Assembly (NCBI RefSeq): GCF_963921235.1 | Contig: NC_086108.1 | Span: forward strand, 92,072,001 to 92,136,000 | Origin: Mobula hypostoma | Lineage: Eukaryota | Length of the DNA stretch: 64,000 bases | Direction of reading: 5' to 3' | Shown here: positions 52,871 through 64,000 of the stretch, piece after piece | How the letters are laid out: each line of letters begins with the position of its first letter | Numbering within the stretch: the first letter of the stretch is position 1 | The notes under the pieces: generated by a model | Databases searched by the model: none | Seen by the model: only the letters and a program-made list of their open reading frames with translations | What the model was told of the DNA's origin: nothing | Translations under genes and position numbers: made by a program

Positions 52871-54579
52871 TTTTGGTCTCATGAACTGAGATCATTTCTA
52901 GCGTTCCCATGGAAACCAGTCCTCTTAAACCATACACAAAATTCCCAGCTCCCTCTCTCAGGAATGATAATATTGGATTATTCAGAGAACAGTGAGAGCA
53001 GGTTTGGCAGTCAGAAAGAACCTCAGGATCCCAATATGCATAGCTACCCTGTTGTACCAAGACGCCATGATGAATTATAGGCTTACTAAAGGCACATGAA
53101 TGTGAGGGAAATGGAAGGATATGGACATTGTGTAGCCTGAAGAGATCAATTTAGTGGGCCATTGATTACTAATTTAATTGGGTCAGCACAACATTGTGGG
53201 CCAAAGGCCCTGTTCTTCTATTGTACTGTTCTATGTTCTGTGTTCTACGCCCTACTGAAAGAGATCCATTTAGTGCAACGCAATAATCTGACAGTGCCTT
53301 CCTGACAGGCAGTTATGGATATTCTTAATAAACCTTATTATCTTGCTGACAGCTTAGCATTTATCCAGATCCTCTTTCTGCACAGAGACACTAAAATTAA
53401 ATTTAGTTCATGTTTCATGATGTTCTCTGGTTCTGAAGGGACCACACTGCTGGACTTGCACACCTTCTTTTCTTAGCACATTCTGCATTTCTGCTTTTAA
53501 TATTTGTCAAGAATAGCCTCTGCTCTGAGGGTGGAGATGCTCTAACATTCTCTCCCTTTTTCAGCCTTGTGACAGCTCCACCAAAAACACCCCAACCTGA
53601 CTTAGATTCATGGAGTCATAAAATTAGATTGCTGGAGAGAAACACAATCCGACCTTTGGCCCCACTGTTCATGCTGACTACTTCCTGTGGATCCTTCCTG
53701 CTCATTCCTCAGTTGCCTGTATTTGCCCCCTAACCCACCAAGCCCTGCCCCTCCATGTGCCTATCCAAATCCCTCTTAAATGTCTCTTTTAAATCTCTCC
53801 TCTCAACTTTTATCTCTGCTGTTTAGTTTTGGACATTCCAAACCTGGGGGAAGGACTATGACCATCCATCTTCTCCACATCCTTCACCATTTTATAAACT
53901 TCTGTGACATCACCCTCATTCTCCTACACTCCAAAGGGAATGAAGATCCAACTAAACATTGGAAAGTAAATATTAATCACATACATCACATGAGTAGTTC
54001 AGTGACAGACTTAAAATTCACCATTGTGTGAAAGATCCTTTAAGTTCAAGATTGAATCATTCGGTTTTGAATTCTCCACCTCAGAAAGCAGAGATTATAC
54101 ATGTTCTTGATTGGACTCAACATGAGTATAAGCAAGACTGAGATCAGTAGATCTTTGTGCACTAATGAGACTAGAGGATGTAAAGATCAGACGAAAAAGC
54201 GGATACAGTCAGTCACAATTGAGCAAGCTCAAAAGGGCACATTAGTTCATTCCCGCTTCTACTTCTTATATTCTGCAACAGTTAACAAACACTGAGAGGG
54301 TATTAAATTAAAAAGCAAGTATGTGTCCTAATTTATTGGTCATTAAACAAAGGAACATTTGACTCTTGTTCACTTCTGTTTGGTTTTATTAAGCAATTTT
54401 AATGAATTATCAAATTAACATAAGCTTGTTTCAACTTAACTCACCAAATTAAAAGGAATAAATTAGACCTGTATCACATTATCCTTTATTCATCCCCTTG
54501 TAGTACACTTTGTTTTGTTTGCTCTGTTTGTGATCCCACAGAACACACAGGACTCATATGTCTAGCTGGACAAAGAAAA

Positions 54580-54955
54580 GTTGAGACACAAGAGACGTTA
54601 GTTGCAGGAAACAGGAGGAACACATAAAAAATCTGGATGAGGTGGGTCAAGCAGCAACTATGGAGAAAAATGGTCAGTCAATTTTTAGGATTGAGACGCT
54701 TCATCTGGACTGAAATACAGATGGGAGCCAGCCAATTCAAACAGGCAGAGGGAAGAGGTGGAGCAATAGCTTCAGATAACAAAACGTTCCAGGTGAGGGG
54801 AGGGGGTGTGACAGGCAGATGGGGGAGTTGAGAGAATGGGGATAGCAGTAGAAGATAAGTGGTAGTGACAACAGGCTGCAAATGATGGAATCTGAAAATG
54901 AGGACTTCAGAAGGCCCAAGATTACTGGAACTATGGTGGAACATCATGTTTGTTA
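54580..54955 (-). mobile_element. Old Penelope-like remnant
   Basis: Degenerate terminus and hammerhead-like remnant near 54675-54712. Confidence 0.5.
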
Positions 54956-56072
54956 TGGTTCTTGAATGCATGGTGACACAGCAGATAAATGTATAAAAGA
55001 AGTGAGGTTTTGGTTACAGGATAGAACTCTGACCAGGGTAGATAGGATCCAGAGTAACAATGACTTTGTTGTCCTTTAAACTTGTGTCTTAGAAATGACA
55101 CTAACAATCCTTGTATCTTTAAGGTCTTGGTGCAAGACCGATCGTCTATGAAGCTGTAAATTTTCCTGAGAAACAGGCAAGAAGCAGCCAATGCACAGGA
55201 TCGCAATAAGTTGCAGGTGGTTGTAGACTCGGCAAGACCTTCCTTACCATTGAGGACATCTTCGAGACGTGGTGCCTCAGTAAGGTGGCATCCATCATTA
55301 AGGACGCTCACCATCCAGGACTGCTCTCTTGGCTTTACTACCATCAGGGAGGTGATACAGGAACTTGACCCCCCTCAACAAGTCCAAAATTGCTTTTTCC
55401 TCTCAACCATCGTATTTCTGAATGATCTATGAACCTGATTTTGTTTTTTGTTGCATTATTTATTTTATATTTTATAGTGATTTTTATGTTTTGACTCTGT
55501 ATTCTTGCTGCAAGACAGCAAATTTCACATCATAAGGAAGTGATAAACCGGATTCTGATTTTAATACAGATTGAATGATGTACTTCTGTAATTTTTATGT
55601 ATTTCACAGTTGTAGACCAACAGTATAAATTATATTCACATTGTTAAAAATATAATTCAGAATATTAATGAAAAACAAACAATTACCACTATAGTGAAAT
55701 GCATTACAGCAAGAAGAAAAGGTTCAGCGGCTACTGAAACAGTTGAATCCACAACATTAAAGTATTTGTATACACTTTTTAAGTTTACACAACATTAAAC
55801 AGATTTTGCTGCCTGTGTTCTTATTCAGCATGGGAGCTATTTAATGCCTCATACCTTCCTAAATTTTAACACATATTGGTTAATTCCTTTACATTATGTT
55901 GATTAGGACTAGTATGACATAAGTTGGTGAATTTTATCATTTTACTTTAATAGTTGGGCAGTCAGGAATAATCCATAAACCAGCTTTGAAGACCACTAAA
56001 GTTATAAAGTGCCTGGAGGCTGGATAGCATAAGCAATCAGAACCAAAAATTACTTTGCGGTAGATTGAGTGT

Positions 56073-57045
56073 GTACTTTCAGTGATCGCTTTATTAGGTA
56101 CACCTATACACCTGTGTGTTACTAAGACCTTAAGGTATCAGGGCAGAATTAGACCATTTGGCCCATTTCATCATGGCTGATCCATTTTCCCTCCCAGACT
56201 CAGTCTCCTGCCTTCTCCCTGGATCTCTTCATGCCCTGCAAATATCTAATCAGCCAATCACATGGCAGCAGCTCAATGCGTAGCCTGGGGAAAAGTACAC
56301 ACTCAGGACAACAAATACTTTTTCGGGTTTTAATTCCTTTATCTGTTTTAGATATTTAAGTGCCAGAAGAGGGTCGCGAAACAAAACGAACAAATTTACA
56401 ACCAGTTCTTGCCGTTACAATCTCAGTTTAACTTCGATCCACACTCTTGTGTATGGACAGAATTGCGTATGCAGTATAAAAAATACCAGATCTAATACGG
56501 TAATGGCAATCTTGGATGGTGAGGAACTTTGCATAAGCCACGAGATCCAGCATCGATGCCCTTACTCGTGAAAATCTTTCCTCACCATGCCCAGTTTCCA
56601 GGAGGAAATCAATTCCAGCACCCCACCAGCGTCTTCAGCAGAAAACAAAATGGTCTCCCCATTATCCAGTGCGTGCGTAATGACATCACTGTCTCTCTTA
56701 AAGGCACAGACAACTATTCTAGCATTACCCAGACAGATGCCTAAGTACACGTTTAACGATACTGCATAAGATCCGACGGTCACCCGGTTACACATGCAGA
56801 CATGGTCAAGAGGTTCAGTTGTTGTTCAGACCAAATGGGGAAGAATTGTGATCTAAGTAACTTTGACCTTGGAATAAAAGTAGGTGCCAGACAAGGTATC
56901 TTAGAAACTGCTGATCTCCAGAGATATTTACACACAACAGAAAATAGTGCAATAAGCTTAAAAAAATCCAGTGAACAGTGGTTCTGCGGGTGAGGATATT
57001 TTGTTAACGAGAGAGGTCAGAGAAGAATGGTCAGACAGGTACAAA
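56073..57045. mobile_element. Second copy of the 27132-27690 Tc1-type element (opposite orientation) with nested insertions
   Basis: TIR-like CAGTGATCGCTTTATTAGGTAC; interior matches reverse complement of 27330-27660; interrupted at ~56123-56238 and ~56283-56792. Confidence 0.72.
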
Positions 57046-58039
57046 AGGTTACTGATCCTTTGTCTGTCAGACATACAAACCTAAAAATATGATCATGATA
57101 GAGTTACAATGAATTTAGAGACACAAGAGGCTGCAGATGCTGGAATCTGGAGCAACAAACAAAATGCTGGATGAACTGAGCAGGTCAGGTGGAATTTGTC
57201 AATTAAAATGGATTGTTGACATTTTGGTTCAAGACTCTTCATCTGCATGGTGAATTTACTGTGACAGCGAACTTACATCCATTTCAGTGTGAATTATATA
57301 CAATATTGTATTTTGATCATGACTAGTTGAACTTTTAAACCTTAGAGAGGACTTGTATATTTCATTATTTCTTCAAGCTTGCTATTCACTGTTATCACTA
57401 AGGTGTTAAGGTGAAGAATCATGGAACTGAATATAGTTTCCAGTAATATAAGCACAGGTACCTGAAACCTGCCTTTGTTGGTTATAGCAGAGTGAATGCT
57501 GTGGTATCAGTCCATGACTGTACCCTAACATACTTCCATTGATGTCAAAGGAAATAAATCTCAGGAAGAGAGTATAATGAACAACCAAAAACATAATGCT
57601 CTTCAGTGCTAACAACAAAAGGCAAGTTTCCACTCTGAACATGTCCTAATGAGCACATCTACAATGAGCGCTGCCCCAAGAAAGCAGCATCCGTCATCAA
57701 GGGACCCCAGCATCCGGGCCCTGCTCTCTCCTCGCTGCTGCCATCAGTAATGAGGTACAGGAGGCTTAGATCCCCTCTACCAGGTTCAGGAACAATTATT
57801 ACCCTTCAACCATCAGGCACCTGAACCAGCATGGATAACTTCACTCACCTCAACTCTGAAATGATTCCACAACTGATAGACGTACTTTCAATGACTCAAC
57901 ACCTCATGTTCTCAGTATTATTTATTTACTTATTTATTTATTATATTTTTGTATTTGCACAGTTTGTCTTCTATTGCACATTGGCTGTTTATCAGTTTTT
58001 CTGTGTAGTTTTTCATTGATCCCATTGCATTTCCTTGGC

Positions 58040-58588
58040 TCAAGATTGTTATAGCCAGGGGTGGTAATGGGGACAAGCTCCCACTACCTATTAAATGCTT
58101 CCAATGGCGTGCAACTCAAATAGCCTCTGACAACCAAGTCCAGCTCCTGGCCTTCACATGTGGCTTAGCTACTAAGCCTGGAAGAACCATTTCTGCTGAC
58201 AGGAGAAGGGGCAAAGGTGGGTTACTGGTGCCTTAAGACCAGTGGCTTCAGGCAGATAGGGCTCCTCTGTCGAGATTGGCAGCTCATCTAGGAGAAGGAA
58301 ATCTTTGATCTCAAACCTCCACTGCCTTGCACTCATGGGGAAGGCTTTGGGAGTAAACCCTGAGGGAAAAATCCAGAGCTGGAGTCCCTAAGGCAGTCCT
58401 ACACTGAGTTCAATGCTGACTAGCAACTCCTGCAACATTGCTGGTAGCAAACTGTATTGGTCTCTGCTGTTCCTTTGAATTCCTCAGGTTCGTGGAGTTG
58501 GGGATCTTGCTACATGGGCAACAGCTTGCATATCTGGACAGCTAGGACACAATATCCATGGTCAACCCCTGACCAATGGAGGCCCTCG
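58040..58588 (+). mobile_element. Non-autonomous non-LTR element, possibly RTE-derived
   Basis: Interrupts a LINE 3'UTR; shares GGGAGTAAACCC..AAAATCCAGAG with 7622-8244. Confidence 0.55.
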
Positions 58589-58627
58589 TTGTATTTATTT
58601 GTTCTACTGTGAAAACCTGCAAGAAAA

Positions 58628-58960
58628 TATCTGAAAAGAGGATGCTGTCCAAGTTGCATGCCATCTTGGTCAATGTCTCCCATCCACTACATAATGCACT
58701 GGGTGGGCACAGGAGTACACTGAGCCAGAGACTCATTCCACTGAGATGCAACACAGAGCGTCATAGGAAGTCATTCCTGCTTGTGACCATCAAACTTTAC
58801 AACTCCTCCCTTGGAGGGTCAGACACCCTGAGCCAATAGGCTGGTCCTGGACTTATTTCCTGGCACAATTTACATATTACTATTTAATTATTTATGGTGC
58901 AACTGTAACGAAAACCAATTTTCCCCGGGATCATTAAAGTAGGACTATGACTATGACTAA
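58628..58960 (+). mobile_element. Rex1-like LINE 3' end
   Basis: ERRML.KL.AI..NVSHPLH...RL...RC.TER.RKSFL; (ACTATG)n tail. Confidence 0.75.
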
Positions 58961-59700
58961 TCTCAAGGTGATAAATACATACTTGGTTAATAAATCTACT
59001 CTGAACTTTGATTATACTTGAAAGTGGAGCTCCAGATACAAAAAAAGAACAAATCTCTCTGATGGCGCTGACGAAATGTACAGCTGGTAACTCCAGAGCC
59101 TGAAAGGTTAAATATAAATGCATGAAGTGCCCTGGAGACTGCTGTCGTTAAGTCAAACTTCTGTTCCATCGGTACATGAAGGGAATCCAGTCTCGCCAGA
59201 CAGACAGACCCAGTAAAGGTCCAGAAACAGCAGTAAGCTCACCCATTTGCCAGCAAATGGAGGACAACTGAATTGATCAAAACCAGTGTCAAAACCAAAC
59301 AAAAAGATGACCAGACAGGAAAATCGAAAATAAGGATGTGATCTTGAAATAAAAATGGCCGTCATTATAAATGTGTACACTCCTTTGTATTCAAAACAAA
59401 AAAATAAATCTGACAATCATTACATTTTGAAAACAGCATTAATAATTACTTTTTGCCAAAATAAACAAGACTAATTGCTTTCTTGCTTCCCTTCACAGTA
59501 AGTTGCTGCATAATGTCTTATCTTAAGTATCTGGACTTTTATATTAATGCTGATCTATTGTCTTACGGTTTTTACGATTAACTCATTATTTACCTTCATG
59601 CAATATCATTTATTCTCTTGTCCCACAATATATAATTGCTATTTTGTCTTATGATACAGTTCATGCCTTATTATGTTGGCAATTACATGCTGAACATAAT

Positions 59701-62700
59701 AGAAACATAGAAACATATAAAATAGGTGCAGGAGTAGGCCATTCGGCCCTTCGAGCCTGCACCGCCATTTATTATGATCATGGCTGATCATTCAACTCAG
59801 AACCCCGCCCCAGCCTTCCCTCCATCCCGCTGATCCCTGTAGCCACAAGGGCCATATCTAACTCCCTCTTAAATATAGCCAATGAACTGGCCTCAACTGT
59901 TTCCTGTGGCAGAGAATTCCACAGATTCACCACTCTCTGTGTGAAGAAGTTTTTCCTAATCTCGGTCCTAAAAGGCTTCCCCTTTATCCTCAAACTGTGG
60001 CCCCTTGTTCTGGACTTCCCCAACATCGGGAACAATCTTCCTGCATCTAGCCTGTCCAATCCCTTTAGGATTTTATATGTTTCAATCAGATCCCCGCTCA
60101 ATCTTCTAAATTCCAACGAGTACAAGCCCAGTTCATCCAGTCTTTCTTCGTATGAAAGCCCTGCCATCCCAGGAATCAATCTGGTGAACCTTCTTTGTAC
60201 TCCCTCTATGGCAAGGATGTCTTTCCTCAGATTAGGGGACCAAAACTGCACACAATACTCCAGGTGTGGTCTCACCAAGGCCTTGTACAACTGCAGTAGT
60301 ACCTCCCTGCTCCTGTACTCGAATCCTCTCGCTATAAATGCCAGCATACCATTCTCCTTTTTCACTGCCTGCTGTACCTGCATGCCCACTTTCAATGACT
60401 GGTGTATAATGACACCCAGGTCTCGTTGCACCTCCCCTTTTCCTAATCGGCCACCATTCAGATAATAATCTGTTTTCCTATTTTTGCCACCAAAGTGGAT
60501 AACTTCACATTTATCCACATTAAATTGCATCTGCCATGAATTTGCCCACTCACCCAACCTATCCAAGTCACTCTGCATCCTCTTAACATCCTCCTCACAG
60601 CTAACACTGCCACCCAGCTTCGTGTCATCTGCAAACTTGGAGATGCTGCATTTAATTCCCTCATCCAAGTCATTAATATATATTGTAAACAACTGGGGTC
60701 CCAGCACTGAGCCTTGCGGTACCCCACTAGTCACTGCCTGCCATTCTGAAAAGGTCCCGTTTATTCCCACTCTTTGCTTCCTGTCTGCTAACCAATTCTC
60801 CATCCACATCAATACCTTACCCCCAATACCATGTGCTTTAAGTTTGCACACTAATCTCCTGCGTGGGACCTTGTCAAAAGCCTTTTGAAAATCCAAATAT
60901 ACCACATCCACTGGTTCTCCCCATCCACTCTACTAGTTACATCCTCAAAAAATTCTATGAGATTCGTCAGACATGATTTTCCTTTCACAAATCCATGCTG
61001 ACTTTGTTCGATGATTTCACCGCTTTCCAAATGTGCTGTTATCACATCTTTGATAACTGACTCCAGCAGTTTCCCCACCACCGACGTTAGGCTTACCGGT
61101 CTATAATTCCCCAGTTTCTCTCTCCCTCCTTTTTTAAAAAGTGGGGTTACATTAGCCACCCTCCAATCCTCAGGAACTAGTCCAGAATCTAACGAGTTTT
61201 GAAAAATTATCACTAATGCATCCACTATTTCTTGGGCTACTTCCTTAAGCATTCTAGGATGCAGACCATCTGGCCCTGGGGATTTATCTGCCTTCAATCC
61301 CTTCAATTTACCTAACACCACTTCCCTACTAACATGTATTTCGCTCAGTTCCTCCATCTCACTGGACCTTCTGTCCCCTACTATTTCTGGAAGGTTATTT
61401 ATGTCCTCCTTAGTGAAGACAGAACCAAAGTAATTATTCAATTGGTCTGCCATGTCCTTGCTCCCCATAATCAATTCACCTGTTTCTGTCTGCAGGGGAC
61501 CTACATTTGTCTTTACCAGTCTTTTCCTTTTTACATATCTATAAAAGCTTTTACAGTCAGTTTTTATGTTCCCTGCCAGTTTTCTCTCATAATCTTTTTT
61601 CCCCTTCCTAATTAAGCCCTTTGTCCTCCTCTGCTGAACTCTGAATTTCTCCCAGTCCTCAGGTGAGCCACTTTTTCTGGCTAATTTGTATGCTTCTTCT
61701 TTGGAATTGATACTATCCCTAATTTCTCTTGTCAGCCACGGGTGCACTACCTTCCTTGATTTATTCTTTTGCCAAACTGGGATGAACAATTGTTGTAGTT
61801 CATCCATGCAACCTTTAAATGCTTGCCATTGCATATCCACCGTCAATCCTTTAAGTGTCATTTGCCAGTCTATCTTAGTTAATTCACGTCTCATACCTTC
61901 AAAGTTACCCCTCTTTAAGCTCAGAACCTTTGTTTCTGAATTAACTATGTCACTCTCCATCTTAATGAAGAATTCCACCATATTATGGTCACTCTTATCC
62001 AAGGGACCTCTCACGACAAGATTGCTAATTAACCCTTTCTCATTGCTCAAAACCCAGTCCAGAATAGCCTGCTCTCTAGTTGGTTCCTCGACATGTTGGT
62101 TCAAAAAACCATCCCGCATACATTCCAAGAAATCCTCTTCCTCAGCACCTTTACCAATTTGGTTCACCCAATCTACATGTAGATTGAAGTCACCCATTAT
62201 AACTGCTGCTCCTCTATTGCACACATTTCTAATTTCCTGTTTAATACCATCTCCGACCTCACTACTACTGTTAGGTGGCCTGTACACAACTCCCACCAGC
62301 GTCTTCTGCCCCTTAGTGTTACGCAGCTCTACCCATATCGATTCCACATCTTCCCAGCTTATGTCCTTCCTTTCTATTGCGTTAATCTCTTCTTTAACCA
62401 GCAACGCCACCCCACCTCCCCTTCCTTCATGTCTATCCCTCCTGAATATTGAATATCCCTGAATGTTGAGCTCCCATCCTTGGTCACCCTGGAGCCATGT
62501 CTCTGTGATCCCAACTATATCATAATCATTAATAACAATCTGCACTTTCAATTCATCCATCTTATTACGAATGCTCCTTGCATTGAAAAAAAAATAACGA
62601 AAATTTCAAAAATGTCTTTCTCGGCACTCCCACTCAGACTCTCAGACTCCTTCTTCGAATCAAACCCGAAGCAGGATTTCTGCCCTTTTAAATTTGCCGC

Positions 62701-62716
62701 GCTGCACTGCCCGACG
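59701..62716 (-). mobile_element. Young CR1 LINE: putative 5'UTR + almost complete ORF2, no ORF1
   Basis: APE (NARS, GITETW, GVVYRPP, MGDFN, SDH) and RT (FADDTK); candidate TSD ATAAT (59696-59700/62717-62721). Confidence 0.95.
59778..62560 (-). pseudogene. CR1 ORF2 (endonuclease-reverse transcriptase) broken by a 1-nt deletion near 60920
   Basis: 569-aa and 377-aa overlapping ORFs; compared with the copy at ~32440, one base is missing; a second frameshift occurs near the C-terminus. Confidence 0.9.
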
Positions 62717-62854
62717 ATAATGAGAGATTTGTCTTAGTTAGGTTTGCTTTGTGATGCAATCAATGCTTTCAATATGGCACACACTTCTCTGAGATATGTT
62801 TGATTGTGACCTATCACGTAATATGTGTCCAAGAGAGACATATGTAACTGATAC

Positions 62855-63745
62855 ATAGAATAGTACAGCACAGTACAGGCCCTTTGGCCCACATTGTTGT
62901 GCCGACCCTCAAACACTGCCTCCCATATAACCCCCCCACCTTAAATTCCTCCATATACCTGTCCAGTAGTCTCTTAAATTTCACGAATGTATCTGCCTTC
63001 ATCACTGACTCAGGCAGTGTAATAAGGTGTTGAGATTCCATTAAGACATGGGAATATAATTACACCATTTGGCCCATTGAGTCTGCTCTAGCACTCCATC
63101 ATGGCTGATTTATTATCCCTCTCAACCCCACTCTTCTCCTTTCTCCCCGTAAGCTTTGATGCCCTTACGCTTTATAGAGTTATACAGCACAGAAACAGGC
63201 CCTTCACCCCAACTCATTCACAATGACCAATCTGTCTATCTACACTTATACCATTTGCTTGTGTTTCCCTGATATGATAAGATATAGAAGCAGAATTAGG
63301 CCATTTGGCCCATCAAGTCTGCTCCTTCTAAACCAGGGATTCCCAAACTTTTTTATGGCAGGGTCCTTTACCATAAACCGAGGAGTCCATGGACCCCAGG
63401 ATGGAAACCCCTTTTCCAAGCCTTTCTTAACCATTTCTGTCTAAATGTTTTGTTTTTTTTATTAAATTGTACCTACCTCTCCCACCTACTCTGGCAACTT
63501 GTTCCATACACCCACCAACCTCTGCTTGTGAAAACTACCCTCTGAACCACTTTAAATCTTTCCTCTCTCATCTTGAACCTATGCCTCCTAGTTTTAGTCT
63601 CACCAGCCCTGGGAAAAAGGCTGTGATTACCTACCCTCTCCATTCCTCTCTTTGCTCACCTCTGGGCCTCCTTCGCTCTAGAGAAAACAGTCCCAGCCTA
63701 TCTAGTATTTCCTTATAATTCAAGCCCTCCAGCCTAGGCAACATG
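62855..63745 (-). mobile_element. Cluster of short CR1-type 3' ends plus ~80-bp hAT MITE (63334-63412)
   Basis: Repeated GGCCC.TT.GGCCCA-type 3' termini; CAGGGATTCCCAA...GGAAACCCCT. Confidence 0.65.
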
Positions 63746-64000
63746 CCTGTGAATCTTTTATGGTGTGTCTAATTCCTGTATTGTGCTGTATATTGTAACA
63801 TCTATACAGGGGAGTTACAGCACCCTGGAGGCAAAAGGATATAAAAGAGTTTTTTTGTAAATGTTTATAACAAATATTATTTCCATAACCTTGGGAGTAA
63901 AAAGAGAGTTCGGTGGAATATGAAAAAAATGTGTTACAGAGTATGTACAAGAATATTTAAAGTAAATAAAATTTAAGTAAGAAATGTTGAGACTTATAAT

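Noticed and set aside
59040..59270. Splice-site-like motifs suggesting minus-strand micro-exons
   Set aside because: No recognisable peptide or consistent exon chain
61686..62462. 258-aa plus-strand ORF
   Set aside because: Antisense shadow of CR1 ORF2; no independent protein features

Overview
Vertebrate, repeat-dominated, gene-poor DNA, probably intronic or intergenic. The repeat repertoire suggests a cartilaginous fish, likely a ray (inference). No host protein-coding exon could be confidently identified, and every ORF with a recognisable product derives from a transposon. Contents: three long CR1 LINEs, a fragmented L1, Rex1/Babar-like RT fragments and two restriction-like-endonuclease LINE remnants (R4/Dong-like, Hero-like). 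There are also many Penelope-like (GIY-YIG) elements carrying minimal hammerhead ribozyme motifs, a Tc1 element, Tigger/hAT/Harbinger MITEs, a solo LTR with a 4-bp TSD, and tRNA-derived SINEs. Most notable structures: (i) hammerhead motifs in Penelope ends and in short palindromic derivatives; (ii) a TSD-bounded inverted Penelope pair; (iii) a ~100-bp inversion inside L1 abutting a Harbinger-like MITE whose two ends sit on different TTA sites; (iv) a young CR1 with an apparent 5'UTR fused directly to ORF2. I see no evidence for a wholly new multi-gene system. Coordinates were read by eye; ends without TSDs are approximate.
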